Positions 42,601-53,179 of a DNA stretch of 64,000 nucleotides are shown in pieces (position 1 is the stretch's first letter; every line of letters starts with the position of its first letter). Both the position numbers and the translations under genes were made by a program. Where the stretch lies: the NCBI GenBank assembly GCA_965208905.1, contig OZ242365.1, positions 1,152,001 through 1,216,000 of the forward strand, in the 5' to 3' direction. This DNA comes from Nitrosopumilaceae archaeon. GTDB taxonomy: Archaea; Thermoproteota; Nitrososphaeria; Nitrososphaerales; Nitrosopumilaceae. The notes below the pieces were generated by a model. The model did no database searches, was not told the DNA's origin, and saw nothing but the letters and a program-made list of their open reading frames with translations.

Positions 42601-43650
42601 TCAAAAGCCCTTTGGAAGTAGACCTGCACTCTTCTTTGGAGGTGCTACCTCCTTCTCCACAACTGGCTGGTCGAACCCTTTTGGAAGTAGACCTGCACTC
42701 TTCTTTGGAGGTGCTACCTCCTTCTCCACAACTGGCTGGTCGAACCCTTTTGGAAGTAGACCTGCCTTTTTTACAGTGGGTGGTGGAGGTGGTGCCTCTT
42801 TGGCTTTGCGTTGTTCTTCAACACGTTTTACATATTCGGCTTCATACTGTTCTAATTCACTCTTACGAGATTTGGTCTCCGGAGAAGTAGTTTGCGGTTT
42901 TGGTGGCTCAACAGATTTTTCTGGTGGAGGTGGTGATCTTGAACTAGTAGTTGCAGCGGCTAGGTTGTATCCGCCAAAGGTTTTGTCTGCAGGATGGTAT
43001 GCCAAACGAGCGCGAGTGGCAAAGTATTGATTTGACGGCTGTGTATATCCGGTTACGTTAACTTTTTGTTCATTCCAGCTAGGTTCTTTAGGAACTCGCC
43101 CTGTAGGGGCAGTTCTACGTACAAAGTATCTGTTTGGAGCAGGCGAATAACCTGTCACCATGGCTCGATAATCGTGAAAGCTAGTCATTGGTGAGTTGTA
43201 GTAAGATTCTTCAAGTGCATCGGCTATATTTGCTGGTGGTGCTGGTTTTTGGGATGGTTTAGGTGCCGAAGTTGTGTCTGGTTTTGGTGCTGGTTTCGGC
43301 TCAGGCTTGTCCATACCCTTTGGTAGCAATCCTGGCTTGGCTGCTGGTGCTGGTTTCGGCTCAGGCTTAGGTTCCGGTTTCGGCTCAGGCTTGTCCATAC
43401 CCTTTGGTAGCAATCCTGGCTTGGCTGCTGGTGCTGGTTTCGGCTCAGGCTTAGGTTCCGGTTTCGGCTCAGGCTTGTCCATACCCTTTGGTAGCAATCC
43501 TGGCTTGGCTGCTGGTGCTGGTTTCGGCTCAGGCTTGGTATCTGTCACAGGTTCTAAAACTGCAGCAAGTTTTGCTAATCTCTCACTTAACTCGTCTATT
43601 CTCTTTTGAACGTCTTCCCTAGTTGGCGTATCGGTTTTTTTAGTTGCCAT
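42601..43650 (-). CDS. Pro/Lys-rich low-complexity protein with six GLLPKG motifs
   Basis: 349-aa ORF with TTTAAA promoter upstream; N-terminal coiled coil, central TGY...N.YF duplicated motif, terminal repeats. Confidence 0.8.
   Translation of the reverse strand: MATKKTDTPTREDVQKRIDELSERLAKLAAVLEPVTDTKPEPKPAPAAKPGLLPKGMDKPEPKPEPKPEPKPAPAAKPGLLPKGMDKPEPKPEPKPEPKPAPAAKPGLLPKGMDKPEPKPAPKPDTTSAPKPSQKPAPPANIADALEESYYNSPMTSFHDYRAMVTGYSPAPNRYFVRRTAPTGRVPKEPSWNEQKVNVTGYTQPSNQYFATRARLAYHPADKTFGGYNLAAATTSSRSPPPPEKSVEPPKPQTTSPETKSRKSELEQYEAEYVKRVEEQRKAKEAPPPPPTVKKAGLLPKGFDQPVVEKEVAPPKKSAGLLPKGFDQPVVEKEVAPPKKSAGLLPKGF
42608..42765. repeat. 69-bp (23-aa) tandem repeat, about 2.3 copies
   Basis: GGAAGTAGACCTGC recurs at 42614, 42683 and 42752. 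Confidence 0.9.
43285..43536. repeat. 84-bp (28-aa) tandem repeat, about 3 copies
   Basis: TTGTCCATACCC recurs at 43307, 43391 and 43475. Confidence 0.9.
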
Positions 43651-44193
43651 TATACTAATGCAATTTGCTTTTTATTTAAATTTTTGAATTTTAGTGTGTC
43701 TTATCAACTTAGATTACCTCAAAGTTGTATGATGACTGGGGTTATTCTGGCCGATGCCGCCAACATACAGATATACAGAGGCTTACGTTGATACAACGGG
43801 GCTGTAATGGCACCAGATTTCATGCTGTTATCTATGGTCCGACCAGATTTTGCCTAAAAAAGTTACCCAGAATCATACCAGACATGATGTATTAGGGCTG
43901 GACTTTGTCAAAAGCACATCCTAATATGGGCTCAATCCATCCAGTATTGTTACATAATTTCAAGGCATTTAGGTCATCGCCCAACTTTGGAAACGAAACC
44001 GTTCATTGTATGTCTGTGGCTAGCTTCTCGACTGCTGCTTATTGGGGAGTTGAGTATGCATGGCTGTATATCTTCTAATTTTTATAGCGCGTCTGGAATG
44101 TTGGTTATTTGCTAGTGCCTAGATATGTACTTCGGCATTCAGGATGTTATCAAGGAATAAATATCAACTGGTCAGTAATAATATGAGTAGGTT

Positions 44194-45306
44194 TTGAGTC
44201 GAGTCGTGGAACAAGTGTTGACCAGTCAGATTGGAAACATACTTGAAAAATCTCTACAAGGGCATAGGCCCACAAAGAGTGAGTGTGTAGAATTACTCCA
44301 GTCTGATGACATACATGCAATAGGGGAGGCGGCAGGCATACTGGTCCGTCGACGGTTTGGAAAGGCAGCATCATTCGTAAACAACATCATATTAAATTAC
44401 ACAAATGTCTGTGTTACTGATTGTAAGTTTTGCGCATTTTATAGACCTCCAAAACACGATGAAGCGTATACTCTTACCATTCCACAGATACGAGCTAGAG
44501 TAAAATCTGCATGGGAGATGTTTAAAATACGCCAGGTGCTTATACAAGGAGGGCACAACCCAAAATTAAACATAGAGTACTATGAGGAAGCGTTTAATAC
44601 AATCCGCAGCGAGTTTCCCAAAGTTGGCATACATGGACTTTCGGCTTCAGAGGTAGATACTATAGCCAGAGTCGAAAAGACATCCACCAAAGAAGTATTG
44701 TCTAGATTAAAGCAAGCTGGATTGCAGTCAGTACCTGGTGCTGGAGCAGAGATTCTCGTAGATCGAGTCAAGGACATAATTAGTCCTAAAAAGACATCTA
44801 GTAAAGATTGGCTTCGTATCATGGAGGAGGCACACAAAACAGGATTACCTGCATCGGCCACTCTGATGTATGGACACGTAGAATCATATCAGGATATTGC
44901 CGAACACATGTACCGTATAGTCGAACTACAAGAAAAGACAGGTGGATTCATGGCATTTATACCTTGGAATTTTGAGCCAAACAATACACTACTTCAAAAA
45001 CAAGGCACTGTAACACAGGGAAGTGGTGGACTTCGTTTACTAAAAATGATCGCAATATCCCGTCTCTTATACGACAACATCATACCACACATACAATCAT
45101 CGTGGCTTACCAATGGTGTGGGGATGGCACAGATAGCATTATCCTATGGGGCAGATGATTTTGGCGGTACTTTGATAGGAGAAGAGGTTGTATCGTGTAC
45201 GGGAGCTCGTTCCACTGAATTGACCGATGCTAAGATTCGAGGAGCTATACGACAGGCAGGATACACTCCAATTGAGCGGGATAATTTTTACAACCCTATA
45301 TCATAA
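44194..45306 (+). CDS. mqnC: Cyclic dehypoxanthine futalosine synthase (MqnC-like radical SAM)
   Basis: NYTNVCVTDCKFCAFYR, LIQGGHNP, PGAGAEIL, AFIPW, GADDFGGT; next to ubiD. Confidence 0.8.
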   Translation: MSRVVEQVLTSQIGNILEKSLQGHRPTKSECVELLQSDDIHAIGEAAGILVRRRFGKAASFVNNIILNYTNVCVTDCKFCAFYRPPKHDEAYTLTIPQIRARVKSAWEMFKIRQVLIQGGHNPKLNIEYYEEAFNTIRSEFPKVGIHGLSASEVDTIARVEKTSTKEVLSRLKQAGLQSVPGAGAEILVDRVKDIISPKKTSSKDWLRIMEEAHKTGLPASATLMYGHVESYQDIAEHMYRIVELQEKTGGFMAFIPWNFEPNNTLLQKQGTVTQGSGGLRLLKMIAISRLLYDNIIPHIQSSWLTNGVGMAQIALSYGADDFGGTLIGEEVVSCTGARSTELTDAKIRGAIRQAGYTPIERDNFYNPIS

Positions 45307-46743
45307 GTTGTAGTCTCCCCAACGTGAGTCAACCATCTTAACAGTCTCCTCGTCGGGCATAACTTGTTCCTGTACGGGTCTATTGAATCCCTCTAAGTGT
45401 GTCTTTTGGGTGGCATCTATGCCCATCTTTGAGCCCAGATTCACCAAGGGAGATGCAGGATCCAAATTATCTGTAGGTGTATTAGGTATAATCATTGTGT
45501 CTCTAGCAGCATCAGCTCGAGTAGTTATTGCCCAAATTACATCATTGATGTCATGTACGTTGATATCATCGTCCACAACAACAAATATCTTTGTAAGTGA
45601 AAGCTGTCCGGTCCCCCACAACCCCATCATGACTTTTCTAGCTTGACCGGGGTATCGTTTTTTTATTGAAATTATTCCAAATCCCTGAAACCAACCAGAT
45701 GGAGGCATTGCAAAGTCGACTATTTCCGGATGAAACATCTTCATGAGTGGTAAAAATGATCTCTCAATAACCTTGCCAATATATGCATCCTCCAAAACAG
45801 GTTTACCTACTATAGTGGTCAAATATATTGGACTTGTACGACATGTAACACCTGTCAATGTAAAGACCGGATATGGCTCTGGAGGTGTATAATATCCGGT
45901 GTGGTCACCAAACGGACCTTCAGGCCGTACATCTGTAGGGTCTACATGCCCTTCCAATATTATCTCTGCTTGAGCGGGAACATCCAAATCGACTGTCTTA
46001 CATGGAACTGTCTCTATCCCTTTTTTCCTTGTTATTCCAGCAAATAGATACTTGTCAAGCCCCTCTGGCACAGGCGCAATTCCAGCAAAGACCGTAGCCG
46101 GATCCCCCCCAATAATTACAGCAGCGGGTATATTCTCCCCTCTCTCTTCGGCGATATCCCCATAGTGCGCACCACGTTTGTGTTTCTGCCAGTGCATGAG
46201 GGCGTGCGTATCATCAAGTATCTGCATTCTGTACACTCCTAGATTTCGAGTTCCAGTTTCAGGGTGTCGTGTTGCTATCAGACCCAATGTAATAAAACGA
46301 CCAGCATCTTTTGGCCATGTTTTCAGTATAGGTAATTGTGAGAACGATGGCTTACCCATAACTACATCCTGTACAGGACCATCCTTCTTTGACTTTGGAA
46401 ATGATGCAGTCATCTTTTTGAGCTGAGGAATATTCTTTATCTGACCTAAAAGACCAGAAGGCATATCCATCTTTGTCATGGATGCTATGCGTTCTCCAAT
46501 CTCTGTAAAGTCAGACATCTCCAGGCCTAATTCGAGCCTTTTCATGGATCCAAAAGCATTACCCAACACGGGCATATTGGAATCTTTTACATCTTCAAAG
46601 AGTATGGCAGGTCCGCCCTCGTACATTGTACGCCGAAGTATCTCTGCTATCTCCAAATTGGTATCCACTTGAGTGGTAACTCTTTTCAACTCACCGTTCT
46701 CCTCCAAAATTTTGACAAAGTCTTTCAGGTTATCCATGGTCAT
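45301..46743 (-). CDS. ubiD: UbiD-family (menaquinone pathway) decarboxylase
   Basis: NLGVYRMQ, EGPFGDHTGYY, LDPASP...SKMGIDAT. Confidence 0.92.
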   Translation of the reverse strand: MTMDNLKDFVKILEENGELKRVTTQVDTNLEIAEILRRTMYEGGPAILFEDVKDSNMPVLGNAFGSMKRLELGLEMSDFTEIGERIASMTKMDMPSGLLGQIKNIPQLKKMTASFPKSKKDGPVQDVVMGKPSFSQLPILKTWPKDAGRFITLGLIATRHPETGTRNLGVYRMQILDDTHALMHWQKHKRGAHYGDIAEERGENIPAAVIIGGDPATVFAGIAPVPEGLDKYLFAGITRKKGIETVPCKTVDLDVPAQAEIILEGHVDPTDVRPEGPFGDHTGYYTPPEPYPVFTLTGVTCRTSPIYLTTIVGKPVLEDAYIGKVIERSFLPLMKMFHPEIVDFAMPPSGWFQGFGIISIKKRYPGQARKVMMGLWGTGQLSLTKIFVVVDDDINVHDINDVIWAITTRADAARDTMIIPNTPTDNLDPASPLVNLGSKMGIDATQKTHLEGFNRPVQEQVMPDEETVKMVDSRWGDYNL

Positions 46744-46856
46744 TACAGTCTAGCTGTAAAGCACTTGCTATATGTATATTGAAACGTCCGTTAGTATTCT
46801 GATCAAAATACTATAATGCCAAAAAACTCTTTATTTATGATGTAATATTCTCATAT

Positions 46857-47084
46857 ATGACCAATAAATGCCCTATATGTAAGGGAACGGGTGTAATAGT
46901 ACTGCTAAACTCTTCATGTTCGTTCTGCAATGGGACTGGTGAGTACACAAAGTTAGCCGACTTGTACTTTAAAACACACACCTGCCAATGTGTGTTATTG
47001 GATCGTAAAACATGTCCCCTATGCGGTAAAAAATGTCATCATGACACACCAAACAAGCCAAAGATAGAACTAAACCCAATGTGA
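46857..47084 (+). CDS. Small Cys-rich Zn-finger protein (DnaJ-like CxxCxGxG repeats)
   Basis: CPICKGTG, CSFCNGTG, then HTCQC...CPLC..KCHH. Confidence 0.75.
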   Translation: MTNKCPICKGTGVIVLLNSSCSFCNGTGEYTKLADLYFKTHTCQCVLLDRKTCPLCGKKCHHDTPNKPKIELNPM

Positions 47085-47102
47085 CCGTGCTAGACCAACT
47101 TA

Positions 47103-47480
47103 TTATGAGAATGTAGGTGGGAGTTCCGTCTTTTTATCATAACCACCACTGCCAAATTTACAGTAAAAGCACAAATCCGACTGCATATGAGTGAGTTGGA
47201 CTACCTTTATGGCCCCTAGACGTAGTGCTATCTTTGTTAATATACGATATTTTATGGGCATGGATGGGATTACCTCTTCATTGTACACCTTGTAATGGGA
47301 GGGACAAAAGCGCAATGTCACATTTGCCTTTTCACGATTGTTGTTCATCTGTCGGGCGTAGTTGATCTGCTCCCGAATATACTCATGTTTTGGGCAAGGA
47401 CAGTCTTTACCGCCGGGATGCTTATATGCAGGAGTATTCTTCCAGTCGAATCCCGGATACTCTTTTTCAAAATCGTCCAT
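47103..47480 (-). CDS. Hypothetical Cys/His-containing protein
   Basis: CPCPKH, FCPSH, CFYC; promoter-like TTTATA upstream. Confidence 0.7.
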   Translation of the reverse strand: MDDFEKEYPGFDWKNTPAYKHPGGKDCPCPKHEYIREQINYARQMNNNREKANVTLRFCPSHYKVYNEEVIPSMPIKYRILTKIALRLGAIKVVQLTHMQSDLCFYCKFGSGGYDKKTELPPTFS

Positions 47481-47621
47481 AATGTACTATAATGCCAATA
47501 CTATAAAAATGTGCCAAACAATATTGGGCATGAGAAGATGTCTATTGATATACAATAACTAGTTAGTTTATGATTTGTATATGAAACACACTATATATAC
47601 GACCCTACCGTCTATTGTAAA

Positions 47622-49229
47622 TTGACTGATGAATTCACAAGTACTGAACGTAATCAACTAAAAGGACATTTCTCGAACCCAGACAAGGCCGTCTTTGCAA
47701 TAATCACTCCCAGCCAGGTTGATAGGGGGGCTCTCATGTCTAGATATAGCAGAAGTAGCAACAGTATGAGACGCATATTCCTTGATGAATTTCTTACTAA
47801 TCCGAATCGTGGTGAAAGATTCTACGAACGTGTACTCTCCGAATATGGGGATGATTCAGTGGCCGAGCTGGGCCTTGTGCAGATTGGCGTTGAAGGCCTC
47901 TCGAATATTGCCATACAAACCGTAGAAGACCGTCGACTAGGACTATCTTTTTTAGAGAAATCCAGTCGATACGTGTTTTGGGACAAAAAAATAGACGGCC
48001 ACTTTGCATACTATAAAGGCAAGGATGTGATGGAGTCTCGACATGAAAAAGCATACACTAGCTCATGTGAATTGTCGTTTGAAACATACTCAAAACTTAC
48101 AGCTCCGATGCTAAAGTATATGGAGGAGGTTACTCCGATTGAGTCGCATACATTCTTTGACTCCGAGAGTAATACTGAAAAACCATTCTCCCAACTGACA
48201 CAGCGCCAAGATGTACAGGCCGCCCAACGAATTTACAAAGGCACACTTAAGGCTCGGACATCTGATGCACTGCGAAGTCTACTTCCTGCCTCAACACTCA
48301 CCAATGTGGGTATTGCCGGAAATGGAAGGGCATTTGAATATTTAATTAGCGTATTAAAATCATCCCCACTCAACGAAGTACAAAAATTGGGGAGTGATAT
48401 ATACAACGAATTAACGGCTACCGCTCGTGCATTTGTAAAACGTGCTGGTGATAAATATGGATTGGCATTACAAGAATATATGGTAAAATTATCCAAACAG
48501 TCTGATAAAATTAGTCTAAATACTGATGTCCCTCTACAACACTGTACAAAGATGCCGTTTTATACTCCTCCTGAAGATGCATTAAATCTTGTTATATCTG
48601 GACTACTCTATGAAAATTCTCATCGAACATTTGGTTCACTATACGGTATAGTTAAAGATATGCCTAAATCAGAAAAGCGTAAAATAATAAAGTCATTTAC
48701 TAATCTGCGCCAAAATCGGCGACACCGACCTCCTCGGGCATTTGAGTTAGTCTCTTATACATTTGATCTGATAAACAACTATGGAATGTTTAGAGATATG
48801 CATAGACATCGTGTTTTAACAATGCAGCGTCAGCCTCTTAGTACTCGTCACGGCTTTACCATACCTGATGATATAATACAGGCAGGTTTCTCCCAAGACT
48901 TTCATGAATGTATGAATGCATCAAAAGAAGCTTACAACACAATACACACTGACGCGCCCTCTCTATCACAGTATGTTGTAAATTTTGCATATAACTATCC
49001 CTATATGTTAAAGGTCAACTTACGTGAATTGTGTCATATTATTGAGCTGAGAACTTTACCTCAGGGACATTCTGATTACCGGGACGTGACGCAAGAGATG
49101 TACAGGTGCCTTCAAAAAGTTCATCCGGATTTGGTTGAGATTATAAAATTTGTTAACTTAGATAGATATGGTATGGGTCGTATGGGCTCTGAGAAGCGCT
49201 CTGAGATTAAACGTAAAAAACTTGCATAA
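47622..49229 (+). CDS. thyX: FAD-dependent thymidylate synthase (long, two-domain ThyX)
   Basis: YGDDSVAEL, EKSSRY, RDMHRHR, NLRELCHIIELRT..QGH. Confidence 0.9.
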   Translation: MTDEFTSTERNQLKGHFSNPDKAVFAIITPSQVDRGALMSRYSRSSNSMRRIFLDEFLTNPNRGERFYERVLSEYGDDSVAELGLVQIGVEGLSNIAIQTVEDRRLGLSFLEKSSRYVFWDKKIDGHFAYYKGKDVMESRHEKAYTSSCELSFETYSKLTAPMLKYMEEVTPIESHTFFDSESNTEKPFSQLTQRQDVQAAQRIYKGTLKARTSDALRSLLPASTLTNVGIAGNGRAFEYLISVLKSSPLNEVQKLGSDIYNELTATARAFVKRAGDKYGLALQEYMVKLSKQSDKISLNTDVPLQHCTKMPFYTPPEDALNLVISGLLYENSHRTFGSLYGIVKDMPKSEKRKIIKSFTNLRQNRRHRPPRAFELVSYTFDLINNYGMFRDMHRHRVLTMQRQPLSTRHGFTIPDDIIQAGFSQDFHECMNASKEAYNTIHTDAPSLSQYVVNFAYNYPYMLKVNLRELCHIIELRTLPQGHSDYRDVTQEMYRCLQKVHPDLVEIIKFVNLDRYGMGRMGSEKRSEIKRKKLA

Positions 49230-49269
49230 TTACTGACATTAATAATATTACTACATAACGCTTTAAATT

Positions 49270-50385
49270 GTGCCAAATAATTTGTATATCGTGAAAAACA
49301 CCCTTGATCCATTGGGTGATTTAGCCAGAGATCTGAATAAGACACTGACTGAACTGCCTCATGATGATGTACTCTTACCATCCAAATATCAGAAAGCCTA
49401 CGAATTAAAACCCTCAAACTTTATAGAAGTTTTAACAACAGATACTCCCAACAAAATTGCATTTATTGATGGTGGTAATGGAACAATCGTAAAATCTCCT
49501 AATTTTACAATATCTCTAAACCGCATATATTACTCTGTTTTTCAAGGCAAGAAGAGGGTATACACTATGCCCAACTTTAGGGTGGAGTTTCTTTCGTGTA
49601 TACGACAAAAAATAAAGTCTACCTCAGAACAAAGTCAAATTACCCACGATGTAACACTATTTCCGTCCAAAAACTCCCATAAATCTTACATTCCGGACGT
49701 AAATGATATTGTTGCTGGAATAAGTAATGTAACTGCCGATGATCCGCGCATCTATACATTGCCACGTAGTCTTGGAGAGTGGCGTTTAGCATTGACCGCC
49801 CTGGATGCACTGTCCAGCGGTGATATTATTGTGATGGATGGCTCATTGACCACATTTAATAAAATAGAAGCCAAATATGCCCATTTACTGTTTGAAAAAG
49901 CTCAAATAAAAGATGTGACAGTATGCGCAATATCCAAGACCACTCATCTATTGACCAGGGGTGGCGAACCATTACTCAACAGGGTAAGTGACATCTCGCG
50001 GCAGACTACATATGGCCGATGGCGCATCAATGTGGTCAGTGGCGTCTCGCCACACGATCCTGGTTTTGTTATGGCAATAAAATTGCACCCAAATGCTCAA
50101 TTTCCATTTAGGTTTGAGATACTACAGACACAGCATGAGCAGATGAGCAATACACGAATAAACAGTATATTAGCAAGTCTGGCTGTAAATTCTGAGGATA
50201 TGTCATTTTTAGGATACCCGTACGGTCTAATTGACGCTGATAGGTTTGCGCAAGTGAGAAGAGATGAGATCAAACTCCACGCTGGTCTTTTGGAGTCAAA
50301 AATGCGAATTTTGCACTTGTCTAAAATAATGCAACAGATACGAGGTTTTCAGGCTCATGATCGACTTAACGAGGTGACAAGTTGA
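49270..50385 (+). CDS. nurA: NurA 5'-3' nuclease
   Basis: [26 protein letters not shown]; operon context. Confidence 0.88.
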   Translation: MPNNLYIVKNTLDPLGDLARDLNKTLTELPHDDVLLPSKYQKAYELKPSNFIEVLTTDTPNKIAFIDGGNGTIVKSPNFTISLNRIYYSVFQGKKRVYTMPNFRVEFLSCIRQKIKSTSEQSQITHDVTLFPSKNSHKSYIPDVNDIVAGISNVTADDPRIYTLPRSLGEWRLALTALDALSSGDIIVMDGSLTTFNKIEAKYAHLLFEKAQIKDVTVCAISKTTHLLTRGGEPLLNRVSDISRQTTYGRWRINVVSGVSPHDPGFVMAIKLHPNAQFPFRFEILQTQHEQMSNTRINSILASLAVNSEDMSFLGYPYGLIDADRFAQVRRDEIKLHAGLLESKMRILHLSKIMQQIRGFQAHDRLNEVTS

Positions 50386-51941
50386 ACATAGGCCAGGTTG
50401 TTGGTGGATCATTTGGAAACATAATGCTGCGCCAAAAGTCAGGATCCTGTCTAGAGATTGGAGACTTGTTAGTCTCTGAGGAAGATGATCATATCTTAAT
50501 TTTACAGATATTTGACTTAGAGTATGGTTCACAGATGAATGGCAAGGTACAGGAGATGATGTCTGGTGTAATACTTGAAGAACAGCTTGCAAGCTCAGAA
50601 TTTTATGAGCCTGACTTTGTAAATTATATACTGGCTAGAGTCAAAATACTTGCACGAATAAACACCAACGATACGGTTGTACTTCCCAAAGGCATGCCTA
50701 AATTCTTTAATAAACTGCGAATGGTCACCACACAAGATCTAAAATTTCTTCAAAAAGAAGATACAAATAAAATATTTGTTGGTAATATACGCAGTGGCAG
50801 TAAGGTGCTTTATGATGCTGAGGTATGGCTGGACGCATTTGAAATATTTTCACACCATGTACTAATACCTGCCACCACTGGTAGAGGTAAATCTAATCTA
50901 GTAAAGACAATATTGTACTATTTACTATATTCTAATAATGTGGGAGCATTAGTACTTGATGCACATAATGAGTATTATGGACAAAAAGAAATAGGCTTAA
51001 AGGACCACCCGAATTCAAGAAATAATCTCGTATATTACACACCCATGAATCCGCCTCCTGGATCCCCCACTTTCATAATTAATCTAAACGCCATACGGCC
51101 TGATCACTTTGATGGCATTATAGATTTTTCAGAACCGCAAGATCGTAAAATGCGTGAATTTTACTCAAAATACAAGGGAGAGTGGATATCTGAGTTAATG
51201 TTGTACCAATACTCGACACCGGACTCCGACAACCCAGCCGAGGCCAGTAAGAGCGCGGTCACAATCAATGTTTTACAGCAAAAGTTACGCCAAGCATTAG
51301 ACTTGAAAGTAAACTATGATGAAAATATTGTACTGTCGAAACACAATGTATTTGATAAAGATCGTGGCGATAAAACAATTAATCAGATCGTAAACCATAT
51401 TGAATCTGGGAAAGTTGTAGTCCTAGATACGTCCAATCTTAGTGACGATGCTGAATTAATTGTCGGTTCAATAATTGCCTCAAGTATTTTAGATCGATAT
51501 AAATCTGCGCGTGCCGAAGGACGCTTACATGAAAAGCCTGTAGCCACAATAGTGATTGAAGAAGCCCCCCGAGTTATAGGTGATGATATTTTAAAATCTG
51601 GCATCAACAACATATACTCTACAATTGCTAGAGAGGGACGAAAGTTTCAGGTAGGTCTTACTGCTATAACTCAATTAACCAGTGTTATTCCAAAGGTGAT
51701 ACTAGCAAACATGAATACAAAAATAATACTTGGAAATGAGATGAAGTTAGAACGTCAGGCAATAATAGAGTCGGCATCTCAAGATCTGTCGGAAGACGAT
51801 CATAATATTGCTAGCTTAGATTTGGGCGAAGCCATAATTAGTAGTATATATGTTCCATTTGCCTTACCAATTAAAATACCAAATTTTAAAGATGTAATTA
51901 AAAAACCCCCTGACAATAAACCAAAGATGAGGGTATTTTAG
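50382..51941 (+). CDS. herA: HerA helicase/translocase
   Basis: HAS barrel, [20 protein letters not shown]. Confidence 0.9.
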   Translation: MNIGQVVGGSFGNIMLRQKSGSCLEIGDLLVSEEDDHILILQIFDLEYGSQMNGKVQEMMSGVILEEQLASSEFYEPDFVNYILARVKILARINTNDTVVLPKGMPKFFNKLRMVTTQDLKFLQKEDTNKIFVGNIRSGSKVLYDAEVWLDAFEIFSHHVLIPATTGRGKSNLVKTILYYLLYSNNVGALVLDAHNEYYGQKEIGLKDHPNSRNNLVYYTPMNPPPGSPTFIINLNAIRPDHFDGIIDFSEPQDRKMREFYSKYKGEWISELMLYQYSTPDSDNPAEASKSAVTINVLQQKLRQALDLKVNYDENIVLSKHNVFDKDRGDKTINQIVNHIESGKVVVLDTSNLSDDAELIVGSIIASSILDRYKSARAEGRLHEKPVATIVIEEAPRVIGDDILKSGINNIYSTIAREGRKFQVGLTAITQLTSVIPKVILANMNTKIILGNEMKLERQAIIESASQDLSEDDHNIASLDLGEAIISSIYVPFALPIKIPNFKDVIKKPPDNKPKMRVF

Positions 51942-53179
51942 TGAAGTTTGCCCACTTTGCTGATGTTCATTTGGGATATCACAAATCTGACGCACTTAAA
52001 AGATTAGAGAAATATGCCTTTACACATTCCATTGACAGATGCATATCTGACAATGTAGACTTTGTACTAATGTGTGGTGACATATTTCATAATAACATCC
52101 CAGATATGCGTGTACAAAAAATGGCTATGGAGCAGTTCCGCCGTTTATACGATTCTGGTATACCTGTCTATGTTGTATACGGAAGCCATGATTTTTCACC
52201 GATAAGCAACTCTGTTATCGACTTGTTTGTGGCTGCCGGTTACATGATAAAACCTCGGGGAGTTGCACTTGAGTCTGGAAACATTGGCCTGGACTTTATC
52301 ACTGATCCAAAAACCGGCGCAAAAATTGCTGGCTTGGGTGGCCTAAAGGTGGGCCGCGATAGAGACTATTATGAGAATTTAGAACGTACACCCTTGGAGT
52401 CTGAATCTGGTTTTAAGATATTTCTGTTTCATGGTGGAATCACCGAAATGATGGACACTATTGCCGATGATGGTATGCCTGTATCGTTACTACCAAAGGG
52501 GTTCGCCTACTATGCTGGCGGCCATATGCATGAACATCAAAACGAACATTTTTCTGGATATAATCATGTGGTATACCCGGGAACGCTTTTTGCAGGACAT
52601 TCTAGTGATATGGAGAACAGTGCGAAGGGGCAACGTAGGGGATTTGTAATTGTGGAGTTTGATAGTACAGTAAAATCTATAGATTTTATAGATGTGCCCA
52701 CATGTGACTATGTTTTGATAGTTGTAGATGCGGATATGCAAACATCTGATCACGTGCAAGATGAAATTACAACAAAAATCACAAGTATTTCTACTAATGA
52801 TAAAGTTGTAATCCTTAGAATATTTGGAGAATTACTTCGTGGCCGTACAACAGATGTTGATCTAAGAGCGGTACGACAACAACTACTGGATAATGGCGCC
52901 ATTGATGTCATAATACATAGACGCGAGTTTACATCTAAGGAGTATGATATTCGTGGAGAACCTGCTGGTACCATGGAGGAGGTAGAGATTAAAACATTTC
53001 AAGATAATATAAAGCAGATTAGCATGAAACGGGATCATCTAATCGGTGATCGTGGAGTTACACTTGCGCAATCCATACTCTCATCAACCCGTATAAAGCA
53101 ACCCGATAATGAGACATCTGCGGACTATGCGCATAGAATTTCCTCTGATGTAATATCCCGTATGGAACTTGATGTGTAA
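51941..53179 (+). CDS. mre11: Mre11 nuclease
   Basis: DVHLG, GDIFH, GSHD, GGHMH, VYPG. Confidence 0.92.
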   Translation: MKFAHFADVHLGYHKSDALKRLEKYAFTHSIDRCISDNVDFVLMCGDIFHNNIPDMRVQKMAMEQFRRLYDSGIPVYVVYGSHDFSPISNSVIDLFVAAGYMIKPRGVALESGNIGLDFITDPKTGAKIAGLGGLKVGRDRDYYENLERTPLESESGFKIFLFHGGITEMMDTIADDGMPVSLLPKGFAYYAGGHMHEHQNEHFSGYNHVVYPGTLFAGHSSDMENSAKGQRRGFVIVEFDSTVKSIDFIDVPTCDYVLIVVDADMQTSDHVQDEITTKITSISTNDKVVILRIFGELLRGRTTDVDLRAVRQQLLDNGAIDVIIHRREFTSKEYDIRGEPAGTMEEVEIKTFQDNIKQISMKRDHLIGDRGVTLAQSILSSTRIKQPDNETSADYAHRISSDVISRMELDV

